NCBI GenBank assembly: GCA_964016885.1
Contig: OZ024743.1
Span: 196,726,001-196,790,000 of the forward strand
DNA: 64,000 nucleotides
Direction of reading: 5' to 3'
Source of the DNA: Eledone cirrhosa
Taxonomy: Eukaryota
Within the stretch, counting starts at the first letter, position 1, and every line of letters begins with the position of its first letter. The notes under the pieces were generated by a model, which was not told the DNA's origin, made no database searches, and saw nothing but the letters and a program-made list of their open reading frames with translations. The position numbers and the translations under genes were made by a program. Shown here piece after piece: positions 28,501 through 42,455 of the stretch.

Positions 28501-31500
28501 ACGTCATCGCAGCGGAAATACCGGACCCCGTTGTTGACCGGCAGCTGTACGATATTGTGAAGGCACACATGGTGCACGGTCCATGCGGTCCCGGTTTTCA
28601 AAAGTTCTCTTCATGCCACAAGGACCATGTGTGCACTAAACGATACCCAAAGAGGTTTGTTGAGGAGACCCAGACCGGCGACGACGGATACCCACTGTAC
28701 AGACGAAGGCAGCCTGAGAACGGTGGATTCACTATGACGTTACGGGGTCATCAAGTTGATAATAGGTGGGTGGTCCCGTACTGTCCATTTCTGATGAAAA
28801 CTTTCAACGCTCATATAAATGTGTTCTGTCATTCAGTGAAGTCGATAAAGTACATATGTCAATATGTTAACAAGGGTTCCGACGCTGCCATGTTCGGCCT
28901 TCAAAACGACAATAGCAGGGACGAGGTCTCGGAGTACTTGGCAGGTCGATATATCAGCACTGGTGAAGCTTTGTGGCGGATATTCGGGTTTCCACTTCAC
29001 CAAAGGCACCCCACCATCATACAACTAGCCGTTCATTTGGAAAACGGCCAGCGGGCTTACTTTACTGAACAGACTGCTGCTCATTTGGCGGCCAATCCAA
29101 AAGAAACAACTTTGACTGTTTTTTTTACGCTTTGCCAACTTGACACATTTGCAAAAACACTTTCATATCCTCAGGTCCCGTCCTACTACGTGTGGTCAAA
29201 CAACACTTGGGTGCGTAGGAAGTTAGGTCAGGATGTTGAAGGACATCCTAGTGTTAAGTTTGACAGTTGTCTAAGAAGAGTGTACACTGTACCTCCCAAC
29301 CAGCTTGAGTGTTATCACCTGCGCCTTCTCCTCCATGAGGTTTTTGGCCCACAAATCTTTCGAGACATAAGAACTGTTGAGGGTGAATTATGTGATACTT
29401 TCCGGGAAGCCTGCTTTAGGCGTGGCCTTTTGGAGGATGATTCACAATGGGGCGCCACTATGGCAGAGGGCGTTTTGTTAAAATCTCCTAAAAGACTAAG
29501 ATCGCTTTTCGCTATTCTACTCCTATGGTGCGACTTGGGTGATCCGGCCTCTTTATGGCTTAGTTACAAAGATTATATGTTCCTGCGTCACGCTCAGTTG
29601 CTAAACCCATCGATGGAGGTCGGGTACAGTGACCTCATTTACAACAGGGCGCTGCTTGAAATCGAAGGTACTGTTCTCGATATGGTCGGTTGTGCGTTGG
29701 CTGTGTATCGCCTACTTTCAACAAACCGGGAAGGCGCAAACACTCTGTCTTCGGATTTGCTGCGTGAGACATCTTATAATGTTGACGAGCTTGCCCAGAA
29801 CATAGCGGAGAATGATCCAAAGCACCTTCCAGAACAGAAATTCGCTTACAACTCCGTTGTTAATTCTGTCCGGGGCAAAGCTGGGGGTATTCTTTTCCTG
29901 GACGCTCCTGGGGGGACTGGGAAAACTTTTGTCACCAAATTAATATTAGCTGAGATTAGGCGAACAGAAGACATTCCTTAGCTGTGGCATCATCTGGAAT
30001 TGCGGCTACTTTGTTGCCGGGCGGCAGAACAGCTCACTCCTATTTCAAGCTGCCGCTTGACTTAGCGAAGACTGAGACACCCACTTGCAACATCAGTAAG
30101 AGCTCCGATCAGGCAGAAGTGTTCAGACGATGCAAGCTTATCGTTTGGGACGAATGAACGATGGCCCACAGAGGTGCTCTTGAGGCGCTCGATAGAACTC
30201 TGAGAGACATCAAAGACTCTACGGCTCCAATGGGAGATATAACACTTCTTTCAGGAGACTTCAGGCAAACGCTTCCCGTTATTCCCAAGGGGATTAGAGC
30301 TGATGCAGTACGTGCGTGTCTTAAGTCATCCGCATTGTGGCCCCTGGTGAAGACTCTGAAACTTGACACTAACGTGCGTGCTCATATGCGAGGTGATATC
30401 AAATCAGCAGCATTTTCTCACACCCTCCTTGCACTTGGCGAAGGCAAAACGCCCGGGGATGAAAAGGGTAATATTGCCATCGACTCACTTTGTACCATTG
30501 TTAGTACGCCTTCTGATCTCAGGGATGCAGTGTTCCCAGATCTCCAAGCAAATTATCAGAATATGGATTGGCTTGCCCAAAGGGCTATTCTGGCCCCGAG
30601 GAATAAAACTGTTAACCATATTAATGATCAAATGCTAAAACTCATTCCTGGGATGGCTACGTATATAAGTCTATCGATAGAACTCCTGACCCCGAGGACG
30701 TCATCAACTATTCAATAGAGGTACTAAATTCCTTTGAGCCCCCCGGATTACCCCCACACATTTTGAAACTTAAAGTTGGTGCCCCTATAATGCTCATTCT
30801 AAATTTGGTTCCGCCGAAACAATGCAATGGCACGCGTTTGGTCGTTAAGTCCTTAGCTCCCAATCTGATTGAGGCCACGATAATCACAGGGTGCGGTTGG
30901 GGCAAGGTTGTGCTCATACCGAGGATGCATCTTTTCCCATCAGGAGCAGACCTACCTTTCACATTTTGGAGGTCCCAGTTCCCGGTCAGGCCATGCTTCG
31001 CAATATCAATTAACAAAGCGCAGGGACAAACACTGTCTGTCGCGGTAATACATTAGGGGGAGCCGTGTTTCTCTCATGGTCAGCTTTACGTTGGCTGCTC
31101 GCGTGTCGGCAGCAAGAGTGATTATTTCGCGTTCGTTCCGCAAGGAAAAACGAAAAACATTGTGTACAAGGAGATTTTATAGGATTACCTCGATTCCTAA
31201 TTTTATAACTTTTTTATTTTTTTTATTTTTTGCCTTTTCGTGAGTACTTTCTAAGTAGGTTAACCTTCACTGCAGTGCACTGGACACTCCCCACCATCTG
31301 CCGTACAAAGGCTGATTCTCGCGGCGTTACAAAGCTTCATTGCAACTCCGACCCTACTCAAATATCAGCTGTTGCTCCTCACCAACCCCCGTTTGGTGGG
31401 CCTCGGAGGACCGCGGACAGGTTAGTATTTCACCTCCGTACGACTCTCAAAGGGTCAACAATGCTTTAATGACGGGATTTACATTTTTAGGCGGTTCCCT

Positions 31501-32002
31501 GCAATTACTTCACACTTCACCAACACTTGGCCTCCGCTCAGCTCTATTTCCCTCCCTCCGTCGGCACAGCAGCAGGCTCATCTTCTACGTCCAACGTACA
31601 AGATGCACCAACCATACAATGACCCCTCTTCCTCTATTTTGGTTGTCATAATTCGACAATGTTTTCAGACCCCTGTTTGCGGTTCCCTCAATCCACCCCT
31701 CCTCCGTTAAAACATGTCATGCAGAACAACTCCATCGCAGTTCTGTTGTTCGGCTAGCATCGTCTACGCGAGTGTTGCGCAAGTACTGTGAAACAATAAA
31801 TTTGAACACTTCTTTGCACAGAGATAATATCCATAGGCGAAACTACAATTGTCACTGCTGACGCAGCTCCTGCTTCGACAGTGCAGGTTTGCAATTTATT
31901 CAACCAGTGCCTGGCAGACAAAAAAGTGCTACCATAAAATGGGTGGTGCAACCTAACTTTGGTAACTTACTGACCCCGAGCAACGCCGGGCTTTAATGCT
32001 AG
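25515..32002 (+). mobile_element. Helitron, apparently full length but decayed
   Basis: Candidate 5' A|TCTATAAAAGG at 25515; 3' hairpin CCCG agcaacgc CGGG then CTAG|T at 31999-32002; RepHel inside. Confidence 0.85.
26568..31180 (+). pseudogene. Helitron Rep/helicase (HUH + PIF1-like SF1), several stops and frameshifts
   Basis: N-terminal RASE..EQR repeats, CKIC..CC zinc motif, EWQKRGLPHAHIL, KYICQYVNKG, DAPGGTGKT, IVWDE, GDFRQTLPV, INKAQGQTL, HGQLYVGCSRV. Confidence 0.95.
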
Positions 32003-32019
32003 TATATATATATATATAC

Positions 32020-32105
<86 letters not shown>

Positions 32106-32190
32106 GTATATATATGTATGTATGTATGTAAATATATATATGTATGTATGTATGTATGTATATATATATATATGTATGTATGTATGTATA

Positions 32191-32226
<36 letters not shown>

Positions 32227-32250
32227 TGTATGTATATATATATATATATG

Positions 32251-32297
<47 letters not shown>

Positions 32298-32307
32298 GTA
32301 TATATAT

Positions 32308-34784
32308 CTTGACTTCATGAATGAGTTTTTCTTGTCCCAACTTGTCCTTGCACCAACGAGGCATCAGAAGAACATTCTGGATCTAGTGTTTAGTAACCAC
32401 ACTAACACTATACATAATATTACAGTGGAAAAAACCCTTCTCTGAGACCATGACATGGTTCTTTGTAACCTGAGATTCCACCAGCCGAAAGCTAATCCCA
32501 GGGTCCTCTCTCCAGCCCACCCATTTGATAACATGGATCTCCACAATGCCAACTGGGATGCAATTATGAACGAACTATCACATGTCGACTGGTCTTTTAC
32601 ACACGCACACACTTCTACCAACATCAAAACATCTTGGCAGATCTTTGTAGACACTGTCACAAATATATGTACAAAACACACCCCACCAAAACCTATGAAC
32701 AAAACCAAGTGCAGTATCCCCCAAAACAGAAAAACAATTATCAGAAAAATAAAAAGAACAAACAAAAAAATTAACACACTAAAATACTGCCAACAACAAG
32801 ACACACATTCAATGGCTATCAGCCTGCTTGAGTCAAAAAAATATAACCTCCAGCAATGCATGATGACCATCATCAATAACCAGAGAATAGCTGAAGAGAG
32901 GTGGACCATTGATAAAATCAAACTCAACCCCAAAGTGTTCTTCTCATTCGCTAAAAAACACAAGGTCACTGTCTCCACTGTTGACCCCCTAGTTGATGAA
33001 AATGGCACACTCCAGGACAATGCCAAAACCATGGGTGAGATACTGCAGAAACAATACTGCTCTGTTTTCAGCAAACCTGATATGGCCGATCTGGGCCGTA
33101 TCAGTGACATTAACCCCCAGCACATTATATCAGACATAACGTTTGGCGCTCCTGATGTCTTAGCGGCAATAAACGAAATTAAACACAATTCAGCAGTAGG
33201 CCCCAACAGGTTCCCTGCTTGTGTCCTGAAGGTGTGTCGACACCAACTTGCAACTCATCTTGCTAATCTGTGGAGGAACTCACTGGACACTGACTATATT
33301 CCTGAAAACTTTCTGTCCCAGTCTGTTGTCCCAGTCTTCAAAAAGAGAAATAAGTCCCTTGCAGTGAACTACCGTCCGATCTCATTCACCTCTCATATTA
33401 TCAAGGTATTTGAGAGGGTGGTGAGATCACGAATAACCCACTTTCTTGAAAGCAACGGCCTGCTGAACTCCAACCAACATGGGTTCCGTAATGGAAGGGA
33501 CTGGCTAACGCAGCTCCTGCGTCACTTTGACGATGTTTTGAGAGCCTTGGGAGAGGGCTCCAACACTGATGTCATCTACCTTGATTTCAGCAAGGCCTTC
33601 GACAGGATTGATCATAAGATTCTACTGAAAAAACTATCCAATGTTGGTGTCTCTGGAAGGTTACTACAGTGGATCAAATGTTTCCTGACAGGCAGAACCC
33701 AGCATGTTGTAGTCGAAGGAGTAAAATCAAGCCCTGCCAAAGTCAGCAGTGGCGTCCCACAAGGCACTGTGTTGGGTCCACTTCTTTTCATCATCTACAT
33801 TAATGACATTACTGACATCATCAAACACAGCAACATCAGAATCTTCGCAGATGATTCAAAGCTCCAAAGGGTCATCAATGAGGTGGGTGACCGGACTTGC
33901 CTTCAGTCAGACCTACTGGCTGTTATCCAATGGGCAGAGATGAATAATATGCTGTTGAATGAGGATGAATTTGAACTAATCCACTGGAAAAAAAGGATGC
34001 CCTGAAACTACCATACTCTCTTCCTTCGGGTGAAACTTTAATGGCTTCCAATAACATCAGAGACCTGGGAGTAATTGTGGACAACAATATAAGCCGGGCC
34101 ACTCATATAAACAGCAAAATTGATATGGCCCGCAGAATGTGTTCCTGGATTCTCAGAACTTTCTAGTCGAGAGATATCCACACTGTTGTCCTTCTCTTCT
34201 CCACTTTTGCCCGACCCCACCTTGAATACTGTTGTCACCCCACACGAAACAAAGTATCATGAAAGTTGAAGCACCCCAAAGGTCAATTACAAAAAAGATA
34301 GATGGCATGACAGGCCTTGACTATTGGGGTCGATTAGAAAAGCTCAAACTTTATTCTCTTCAACGTCGCCGTGAGCGCTACATTATCTTAAGATGTGGAA
34401 AATATTCCATCAGCTTAGCCCAAATGATGTTGGCATCACCTTTGATGGCATCGCTTGGGCCCCGTGCTATCCGCCCACGAAAAAATCCCACTTGCATCAC
34501 ATAACAACAATACAGCACAATTATTTCACCTCAATTGGCCCTGCACTCTTTAACATTACACCAAAACACATCAAAGCAGAGACAGACCCCATCAAGTTCA
34601 AGAAGTCTTTGGATAAATTCCTTCAACAAATCCCGGATAAGCATCTTACACCCGTAAACAATAACTCTCTGCTCGAGTCGGCCATAGTGCCCAAACACTG
34701 ATTTGTAAGACTTCGCCAGGTGGTGCTATTAAGTTAGACATGGTCTGGGTCAAAACTGGCCGAAACCTATCAAAGTTATCAAAG

Positions 34785-34786
<2 letters not shown>
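32308..34786 (+). mobile_element. CR1/L2-group LINE, 5'-truncated (end of APE domain + RT), decayed
   Basis: [67 protein letters not shown]; (aaagttatc) tail. Confidence 0.92.
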
Positions 34787-34822
<36 letters not shown>

Positions 34823-34883
34823 GATTATATATATGTATATGTATGTATATATATATATGTGTGTATATGTATGTATATATATA

Positions 34884-34913
<30 letters not shown>

Positions 34914-34914
<1 letters not shown>

Positions 34915-35720
34915 ACTCTTTTACACTTTTACCTGTTCCAGCCATCCGGCTGAGGACATGCTGGAGCACCGCCCTTGTTGCTACACATTTTATCTCCAGC
35001 CTGTATGGGTTGGCCACTGGTGCAAGAGGGAGTTCGTTGCTGCTGCCCTTAGGTTTCTCCCGTGCTTTGCAGATCTCTCAGATCCCTCGGCAGCTTGTTG
35101 AAGAGTTGAGGGCCCTTGAACCCCAGGCTATTGCAATATCTGCTCCTTATTCTAGATGTGGAAGACGGGACCTTTCGCACTACACAGTGACGTTCTGTTC
35201 GACGGTTGGTCCAGCTCCTAATGCCAAGGTTTGGTGCTAGTCCCTCCAGGATTTTCCACATGTATATCACTGCGTATCTCTCCCGTCTTCGTTCCAAGGA
35301 GTTGAGGTTCAGTTCTTTTAGCCTCTCCCAGTAGCTTATCTCCTTCATCTTCGCAATCCTCTTGGTGTAGCTTCGCTGGATTGCCTCAAGCTCCGTGGTT
35401 AGTTTGACACTATGGAGTGATCACAACTGGGAGCAATAGTCCAGGCGGCTGAGGACAAATGTCCTCCATAGTGTCAACATGGTGTCTCGGTCTCTTGTCC
35501 GGAAAGTCCTCAAGATCCAGCCAGCGAGTCGTCTGCACATTGTCGCCACTTTCATGATGTGTGAGGAAAAAGATGCATCATCGCTCATGTCTATACCCAG
35601 GACTCGTATCGATTTCGACACGGGGATATCGGTCCCTCCTGGTCCGGCGTAACCGTGTTGTACTGTATTTGTGTTTGCAGGTTTGTATTGTAGGGCTTGG
35701 AATTTGGAATCATTAAACTT
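34914..35720 (-). mobile_element. CR1/L2-group LINE 3' fragment, second family
   Basis: GWILRTF, SRLDYCSQL, YWERLKELNLNSLERRRERY. Confidence 0.88.
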
Positions 35721-36232
35721 GCAAACGAATCGAATTAATATTGGAAAAACTCAGATTACATTTATTGTATTCAGCCATGTAGAGCGAAATTTTTTTATTT
35801 ATTTGAATTTGGCAAAGCCGGCCATTTATCGCTCGTATACAGGAAACTGACTGGCCAGTCTACTGATATGCAAATCTGGCTGATCATTGGATCTACTAAT
35901 ATGCAGATCTGACTGATCGGCCAGTCTGCTAATATGCAGATCAGGCCGATCAGTCACTGTATTTTTGAAAATAGCATATATTTTCACTATCTCTGACAGT
36001 TTGACAGGTGAACACTGAGCTGTACTGATGAAGGGTGATACCCAGAAACATTAGTGTCTGCAGTTCTGTTCGCATGCCAACATAAGAGCAAGAATGAAGT
36101 GTTCATTCTACTGACATGGTTATAAAATTGAGGCTTGTTTGCATAATTGCAAACGAATCGAATGTTATTATTAATATTCGAAAAACTCAGATTACATTTA
36201 TTGTATTCAGCCATGTAGAGCGAAATTTTCTT
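35720..36232 (+). mobile_element. Retrozyme-like unit with terminal direct repeat
   Basis: 35720-35790 is repeated at about 36147-36228; HHR at 36018. Confidence 0.75.
36018..36065 (+). ncRNA. Type I hammerhead motif
   Basis: AGCTGTA CTGATGA a GGGT gat ACCC a GAAACA ttag TGT C TGCAGTT. Confidence 0.8.
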
Positions 36233-36559
36233 TTATATATATATAATCCTGGTGTGTGTATATGCATTTTTATATATATGTAATCCTGGTATGTGTATAT
36301 GCATTTTTTCTTCTAACTTTAATTTTATACCTAATTGTGTATGGTTGACGATATATTTAATCGATTTCCACGTGCTATTGAAATGATGAGTAAATATTCT
36401 ATGGCTGTTGATCGCGAATAAATGACTATCGTTTATTTATCTATTGTTTCTTCACAGGGTTTAATTGGTTTTTTTTTGTGTGGTTGATTATGCTATTTGG
36501 GAGAGGAAATTGAGTATATATCTTATCAAATGATTCTAAGGACATAATTTATAGTATAT

Positions 36560-38480
36560 AGGGAACCAGATGGACCATAACGCACCAGAGTAATCAATAC
36601 TTAGGGTAGTAGAGTGGGAAATAGGAAAGAGTATGACCCTGACGGCAGAGCCCAAGCCGTTTCGACGGCTATTTCTGAACTAAATTAGAATTTTTAGCCT
36701 GGTGAATAAATAGCCGAACTTGTCAAGGGGGTACTTCCTTATATGAGAATATTGCAGTTGTCAAGAGGATTGGTTAAAATTTGTTGTAAACACAAATAAG
36801 TCTATCATGGCATTGGTGGTAGGTAGGGGTGGCTGAACTTGCCTGTAGGACAATAGGGGAGTGAATGGAGCTGATACAAAATTAAAGGGGTTTAACACGT
36901 CTGCTATAAGTAGTTAGTAAAACATATTTGGCCAATTCTATCTTAAAATTACAGGGGTGGGGGAACTGATGCTAGAGAGGCCCGATGGGCTGCATCGGGG
37001 TAGGCGAAAGGGGAAAAGCAGACGAGGAAGAAAATAGGGGGTGGAAGGAAGTGATAGGATGAGACAGGGGGAAGAAGGAGACAAAGAGGAAAAGAAAAGA
37101 AAAGAGATACATCTACCTAAGTAAGCTGGGGTTTCCCCTAACTTATTCGGCAAGTGGGGGGTATCAGCCCTTGTCTACCCACCCGGGTCATTATGGGGTT
37201 TGAGTGCGAGGTAAGTCCTACGCAATCTGTGTTTGCATGCGGTTACCAGTTCGTCTTTCTTGTTTAGGAATTGGTCCTTCGAAAACAACATTTGTAATGT
37301 TTTCTCCGAGCATAAGTTACACGAACGGCGTCCTCCCGTGTAAGAGTTAGCTCTGGACAGTAAGTTCCAAGTGAGATTGTAGGTTATATTATTATCTTGG
37401 AGGTCCCAGATGTGGCCCGAAAGTGTAGTGGCATGTCGCCGGACCGGGTTTCGGAGAGTATGTCGGTGTTGGTAGAGCCGGGTCTTGAAGTCACACGCGG
37501 TTAATCCTATATGAGCTTTGTTGGAGGTGTCCGTCCTCACGTTGCACTGGTAGATCACGTTACGTTCTCGGCATTTGTTGTTGAGAGGGCACGTAGATCT
37601 ATCAGGGCAGTTACACCTGGTCGGCTCTCCACTGATATCTAGGTTATTTCTTCCATAGGAGTTGAGTTTGTTGTTGTTTGAGGAGACGATGTTATGTGCG
37701 AAGTTAGGTGTGGTGTTGTAGGAGAGTTTGATGGTGTTTTTGTTGATTATGTTGTGGTAGCGTGTTGTAGTGGGAAGTGTTTTTCGAGGAGTCTAAAGAA
37801 GATTTTCCCGATCGGTGTTGCCACCTCGGCATTATGGGAAGGATTGAACCACGTTACGTTGCGTGTGCGGCGGTGTCGCCTGCTGATTCCGCTAAGGGAA
37901 GCTGGATAAAAGGATATTTCCTCCCGGAAGCTACTCCGCTTGAGGGCCTGGTTGTAATGATGCGCGTGTTCGTCGAATATCTGCTCATTAGCGGACAAAC
38001 GAGATATGCGGGGGGAGATGTTTTTAACCAGGTTATTAGTGATGTTTCTAGGATGGTTAGAGCGGCGGTGGATGTAGTGCAGGTTGTCGTTTGGTTTCCT
38101 GTATGGGTAGTACAGATCATTTTCGAGGTTAAGGGTAACGTCCAGGAAATTGACTCGGGTTAGGGACGTTTGTAGGGTGATTTTAAATCCACGGTCCCGG
38201 AAGAAGTTGATTAGTTGTTTACGGACCCGATCTGTACTACTGGGGTTGTACCCTTTGAGGGTGAGGAGCCCATCATGCCGGTACAATCCACCGCCGAATG
38301 CAGGAAACATTTCGGTGAGTTTAAATAGTAGGAATAATCCTATAAGATCTGTGACCTCGGCCGAATCCGTCGCGCCCATACTGACGTTGAAGGGGGAGTC
38401 GGGATCTCTCTTTATCCACTTGGAGTTGTCGAAAAGTAGGAAACGGCTTGAGCTCTGCCGTCGGGGTCATATTTTTCCTA
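36560..38480 (-). mobile_element. Penelope-like element of a different clade (possibly Nematis-like), 5'-truncated, with inverted pseudo-LTR stub at 38440-38480
   Basis: MGATDSAEVTDLIG, GLYRHDGL, VNFLDVTL, VIYQC..HIGLT..FKTR, CNLC.EK; HHR-like motif at 36651-36729. Confidence 0.85.
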
Positions 38481-39227
38481 TATATATATATATATATTGA
38501 AAGGATAACAAGGACGATTGATTACTCCTTCATTGCATTTATTGGTAGGTGACGCGCGTTCGCCACTGATCAGCTCAAGGTTCGATCTGTATCGATCCTA
38601 CACGACTCAATAATCGGCGGCTCGGCGGACCCTTTAAAATGCTATAAGAAAATGAAATACATGCTATGTAGTAAAGACAGAATTTCAAGAGATTGACAAT
38701 ATGAGTTGTTTTGATTAGTGGGAAGGATCAGAGGGATGTACTGGCCTGTAGTGTATGTGCGGTTGATGTGATGATGAGATGTTGGTGACGGTCGCTGGTT
38801 GTGATGGGCTGTGGTGTGGTGGTGGCGGGTTGGCCTTGGCCTGTAGTGTCTGTGGGGGTGGATGTGATGATAAGATGGTGGTGACGGTCGCTTACTGGGA
38901 TGAGTTGTGGTGTGAGGTTAGTGGGTTGTCGGTAGACGGGTTGGCGTGTGTGGGGTGTTGTTGTTGTGTTGTTGTTTTTGGTAGTGGCGTTTGTGGTGGT
39001 GTGGTGGATGTGTTGGTGGTGTCGATAAAATAAAGTACCAGTAATACACTGGATAATTGCTGGCCTTGTGCCAAAAGTAGAAACAATTATTATTATTATT
39101 CCTACATTAAACTATAATTACACTCCTTATTCCTTACATTAAACTGCAACTATCTTGACACTATTTAAATAACGTCTTCCTTGTGAATTTTGTGGTCTTG
39201 TTTTGCTTAACTAATGAATATATATAT

Positions 39228-40026
39228 ATAAAAGACGTAAAATAAGAAAATTTAAAAAAATTTTTTTTAAATTAACTTACTTACTAAAATTTTCACTCCA
39301 ATTAGTAAGTAAGTTAATTTTTTTAAATTTTTTTTTTAATTTTCTTATTTTACGTCTTTTATATTATTGTTCTGCATCCTCCTGCATTGAACCACCTAGG
39401 TACTATGACATAACCTGTGTATTTGCTGGCATTAGCGTACATCTGTGCGCTTATGTTAGTAGATATATTAAATTATCTATATTTATCTCCAAATCACTGA
39501 TTTGTCGAGCAAACCTGCCAAAACCACTACTAAATTTTTGGTGTGTTAGTAGGCGTCTGTCATCTTACCATCCCACTCCTGCCGACTAGCCTCAGTGTCA
39601 CGTGATTGATTCTTTAGAATCGGCCATTTGACCAGTGGCAGCGAGATTTTCAGTACTTGGAATCCAGTCCCCGATAGCTGTTCCATTTACCGAATTATTA
39701 TTATTTTTATATGAGTCCCCAGTGTCCGCGCATTGCCTGGAGACTTGGCTGAGAATAGACCTCCCTGATGACGCAATGAAATTCTCAACAGTTCATTACG
39801 TAACTGTCTTTATCCCATTGCAGAAACTAATTAGTTGGAGTGAAAATTTTAGTAAGTAAGTTAATTTTTTTAAATTTTTTTTTAAATTTTCTTATTTTAC
39901 GTCTTTTATATTATTGTTCTCCATCCTCCTGCATTGAACCACCTAGGTACTATGACATAACCTGTGTATTTGCTGGCATTAGCGTACATCTGTGCGCTTA
40001 TGTTAGTAGATATATTAAATTATCTA
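39228..40026 (+). mobile_element. Diverged copy of the 559-bp retrozyme family with a short inverted arm
   Basis: Homologous to the 14-kb array; HHR at 39761-39840; 39228-39300 inverted. Confidence 0.88.
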
Positions 40027-40059
40027 TATATATATATATATATATATATACATACATAT

Positions 40060-40190
<131 letters not shown>

Positions 40191-40717
40191 AATTAGAATT
40201 GGTGCTCTGAAATAGCCATATATATATGAATGTATATATAGTGTATTTTGCAATACATTTTATGCTTAATTAAAAGCATTTTGAAGACCTTATGCTATTG
40301 TTTTAGAGTAGTGACAGACTCACTTACTTTAATTTCAGCAAACAGGGGGAGATAAAGCTGACAAGGCCTTGTTTCTGCATTTATTGATGCTTATCAAAGC
40401 CAACTACTCCTCCCGTCCGCTGAAATTACGGATGTTATGTTCTTATAGAATTCTAGTAAATAATCGGCAACCGCTCTGTATAATCAGTTCCTGATTATTT
40501 ACTAGAATTCTATAAGAACATAACATTCTTAATTTCAGCGGACGGGAGGAGTAGTTGGCTTTGATAAGCATCAATAAATGCAGAAACAAGGCCTTGTCAG
40601 CTTTATCTCCCCCTGTTTGCTGAAATTAAAGTAAGTGAGTCTGTCACTACTCTAAAACAATAGCATAAGGTCTTCAAAATGCTTTTAATTAAGCATAAAG
40701 TGTATTGCAAAATACAC

Positions 40718-40722
<5 letters not shown>
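40191..40722. mobile_element. Fold-back HHR-bearing element
   Basis: About 40236-40460 is the reverse complement of about 40495-40722; shorter relative at 47335-47550. Confidence 0.88.
40557..40602 (+). ncRNA. Type I hammerhead, U3-A8 core variant (mirror copy at 40356-40401 minus)
   Basis: GGCT TTGATAA GCAT caataa ATGC a GAAACAAGGCCTTGT C AGCT. Confidence 0.78.
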
Positions 40723-40811
<89 letters not shown>

Positions 40812-41755
40812 TAGAAGGCGTATTTAATTTGTTGGAAGTCCGACAAATATAAATGTTTATAACTGATTTAGAGCACTCAACAGATACTGGAGTAAATATT
40901 CAATGATATTAAATAAATGGAAACTATATTTATAAAACCATATTTATTTTATTATATATATTTCAAGGGTACCAAGACACATTGGTACGCTTTCATCAGA
41001 TAAAATACAAAGTATTGTAAAATACAAAATAAATGTTTAGATAAAAACGTGGTCTATAAATGTACAGTTAAAACTAGTGATAATATATTTAACTATGTCG
41101 GTGCAACTTCTACAGAATTTAAAAGTCACTGGAATAACCAGAATTGCTCTTTCCGAAGATTTGATGAAAAATCTTCAACTTCTCTTTGAAATCTGATATG
41201 GAACTTAAAGTGTAAGAATATAGACTATTCATTAGCTTGGGAAACAGTTTCAAAAGCACCCGAGTACCGAAACACAGCTTTTTTACATACTTAAATGTAA
41301 AAATTCTATTAATCTAAGAACGAATTTATTTAATTCTTGTAGACATCGCCAGATTTCAATATCAGAACTATATATAACTTATGAATTATACTTATAATAT
41401 TTCTACTTATTTCCATAACAATCTCATCCACTTGGTTTTAATATATTGATATCTCTAAATCATAATATCTATAACATTTGCTGTAATTCCACTTCTTAAA
41501 GTTTCATAAAATATATGCGTATATAATTCTAATTTTTTTTTTAATTTTAATTTTAATAATTTAAATTTCTTTATTTTTATTTTTATTTCTTTAATATTTA
41601 TTTCTTTAAAAATTACTTATCTCTTATAAATTACTTTTTTTTTTTAATTTTCTCAAATTTTTCAATATTTTTCAATACTTTTTCAATAATTTTTCAATAC
41701 TTTATCAATAGTTACATATATATACATATATATATATATATCCGTTCGGACAAAA

Positions 41756-41888
41756 GCTCGTTGAAGAAGTAACTCCAGTCCCCCGTTGTCTGTAAGTCTT
41801 ATATTTTTATGTGAGCTGATAGAGGACGGTTTAAGGATTTACAGAAACCCAAGAAGCTAGATATACCATCTCTCTAGTGGGTCCGGGT
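41756..41888 (+). ncRNA. Candidate expanded type I hammerhead
   Basis: GCTCG TTGAAGA a GTAA...TTAC a GAAACCC..CTAGA..TCTAG..GGGT C CGGGT. Confidence 0.55.
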
Positions 41889-42122
41889 ATGCTTTTTACA
41901 TTCATTTCATTTATTGATTTATTGATAATTTATCTGAGTGTCCCGAATCTTCCATATCGAAATTTTTCGGTTATTTGGTTGATTGTAGACATATTCTACG
42001 TGTGATGGTATTTTAACGATAGTTATAGCTCTGATTTATTTGAATTATAGAGCCCTCTGCCGCTCATCTCGAATTTTGTTTATCGTGAACTCGTGCGCCG
42101 ATTTTTCGATACTCGATTATTC

Positions 42123-42174
<52 letters not shown>

Positions 42175-42357
42175 CATGAGAAGAAAGAAGAATACTGCGT
42201 GGTTTGCACATGGGTTACATATGATAACACACATATATATATATACATACATATATACCTACATATATATATATATACATACATATATATATATATACAT
42301 ATACATATATATATATATATATACATACATAATATATATATATATACATATATACAT

Positions 42358-42455
42358 ATGCTCACCGGCATCCAGAGTTGACATTGCACTCAGTGCTCCT
42401 GTAGGAGCCTCTACATGGACACACTGGAAGAGGAAGACCAAGGTTAATGTATGTT
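42358..42455 (+). mobile_element. Short RTE LINE fragment
   Basis: Matches 2984-3080. Confidence 0.8.
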
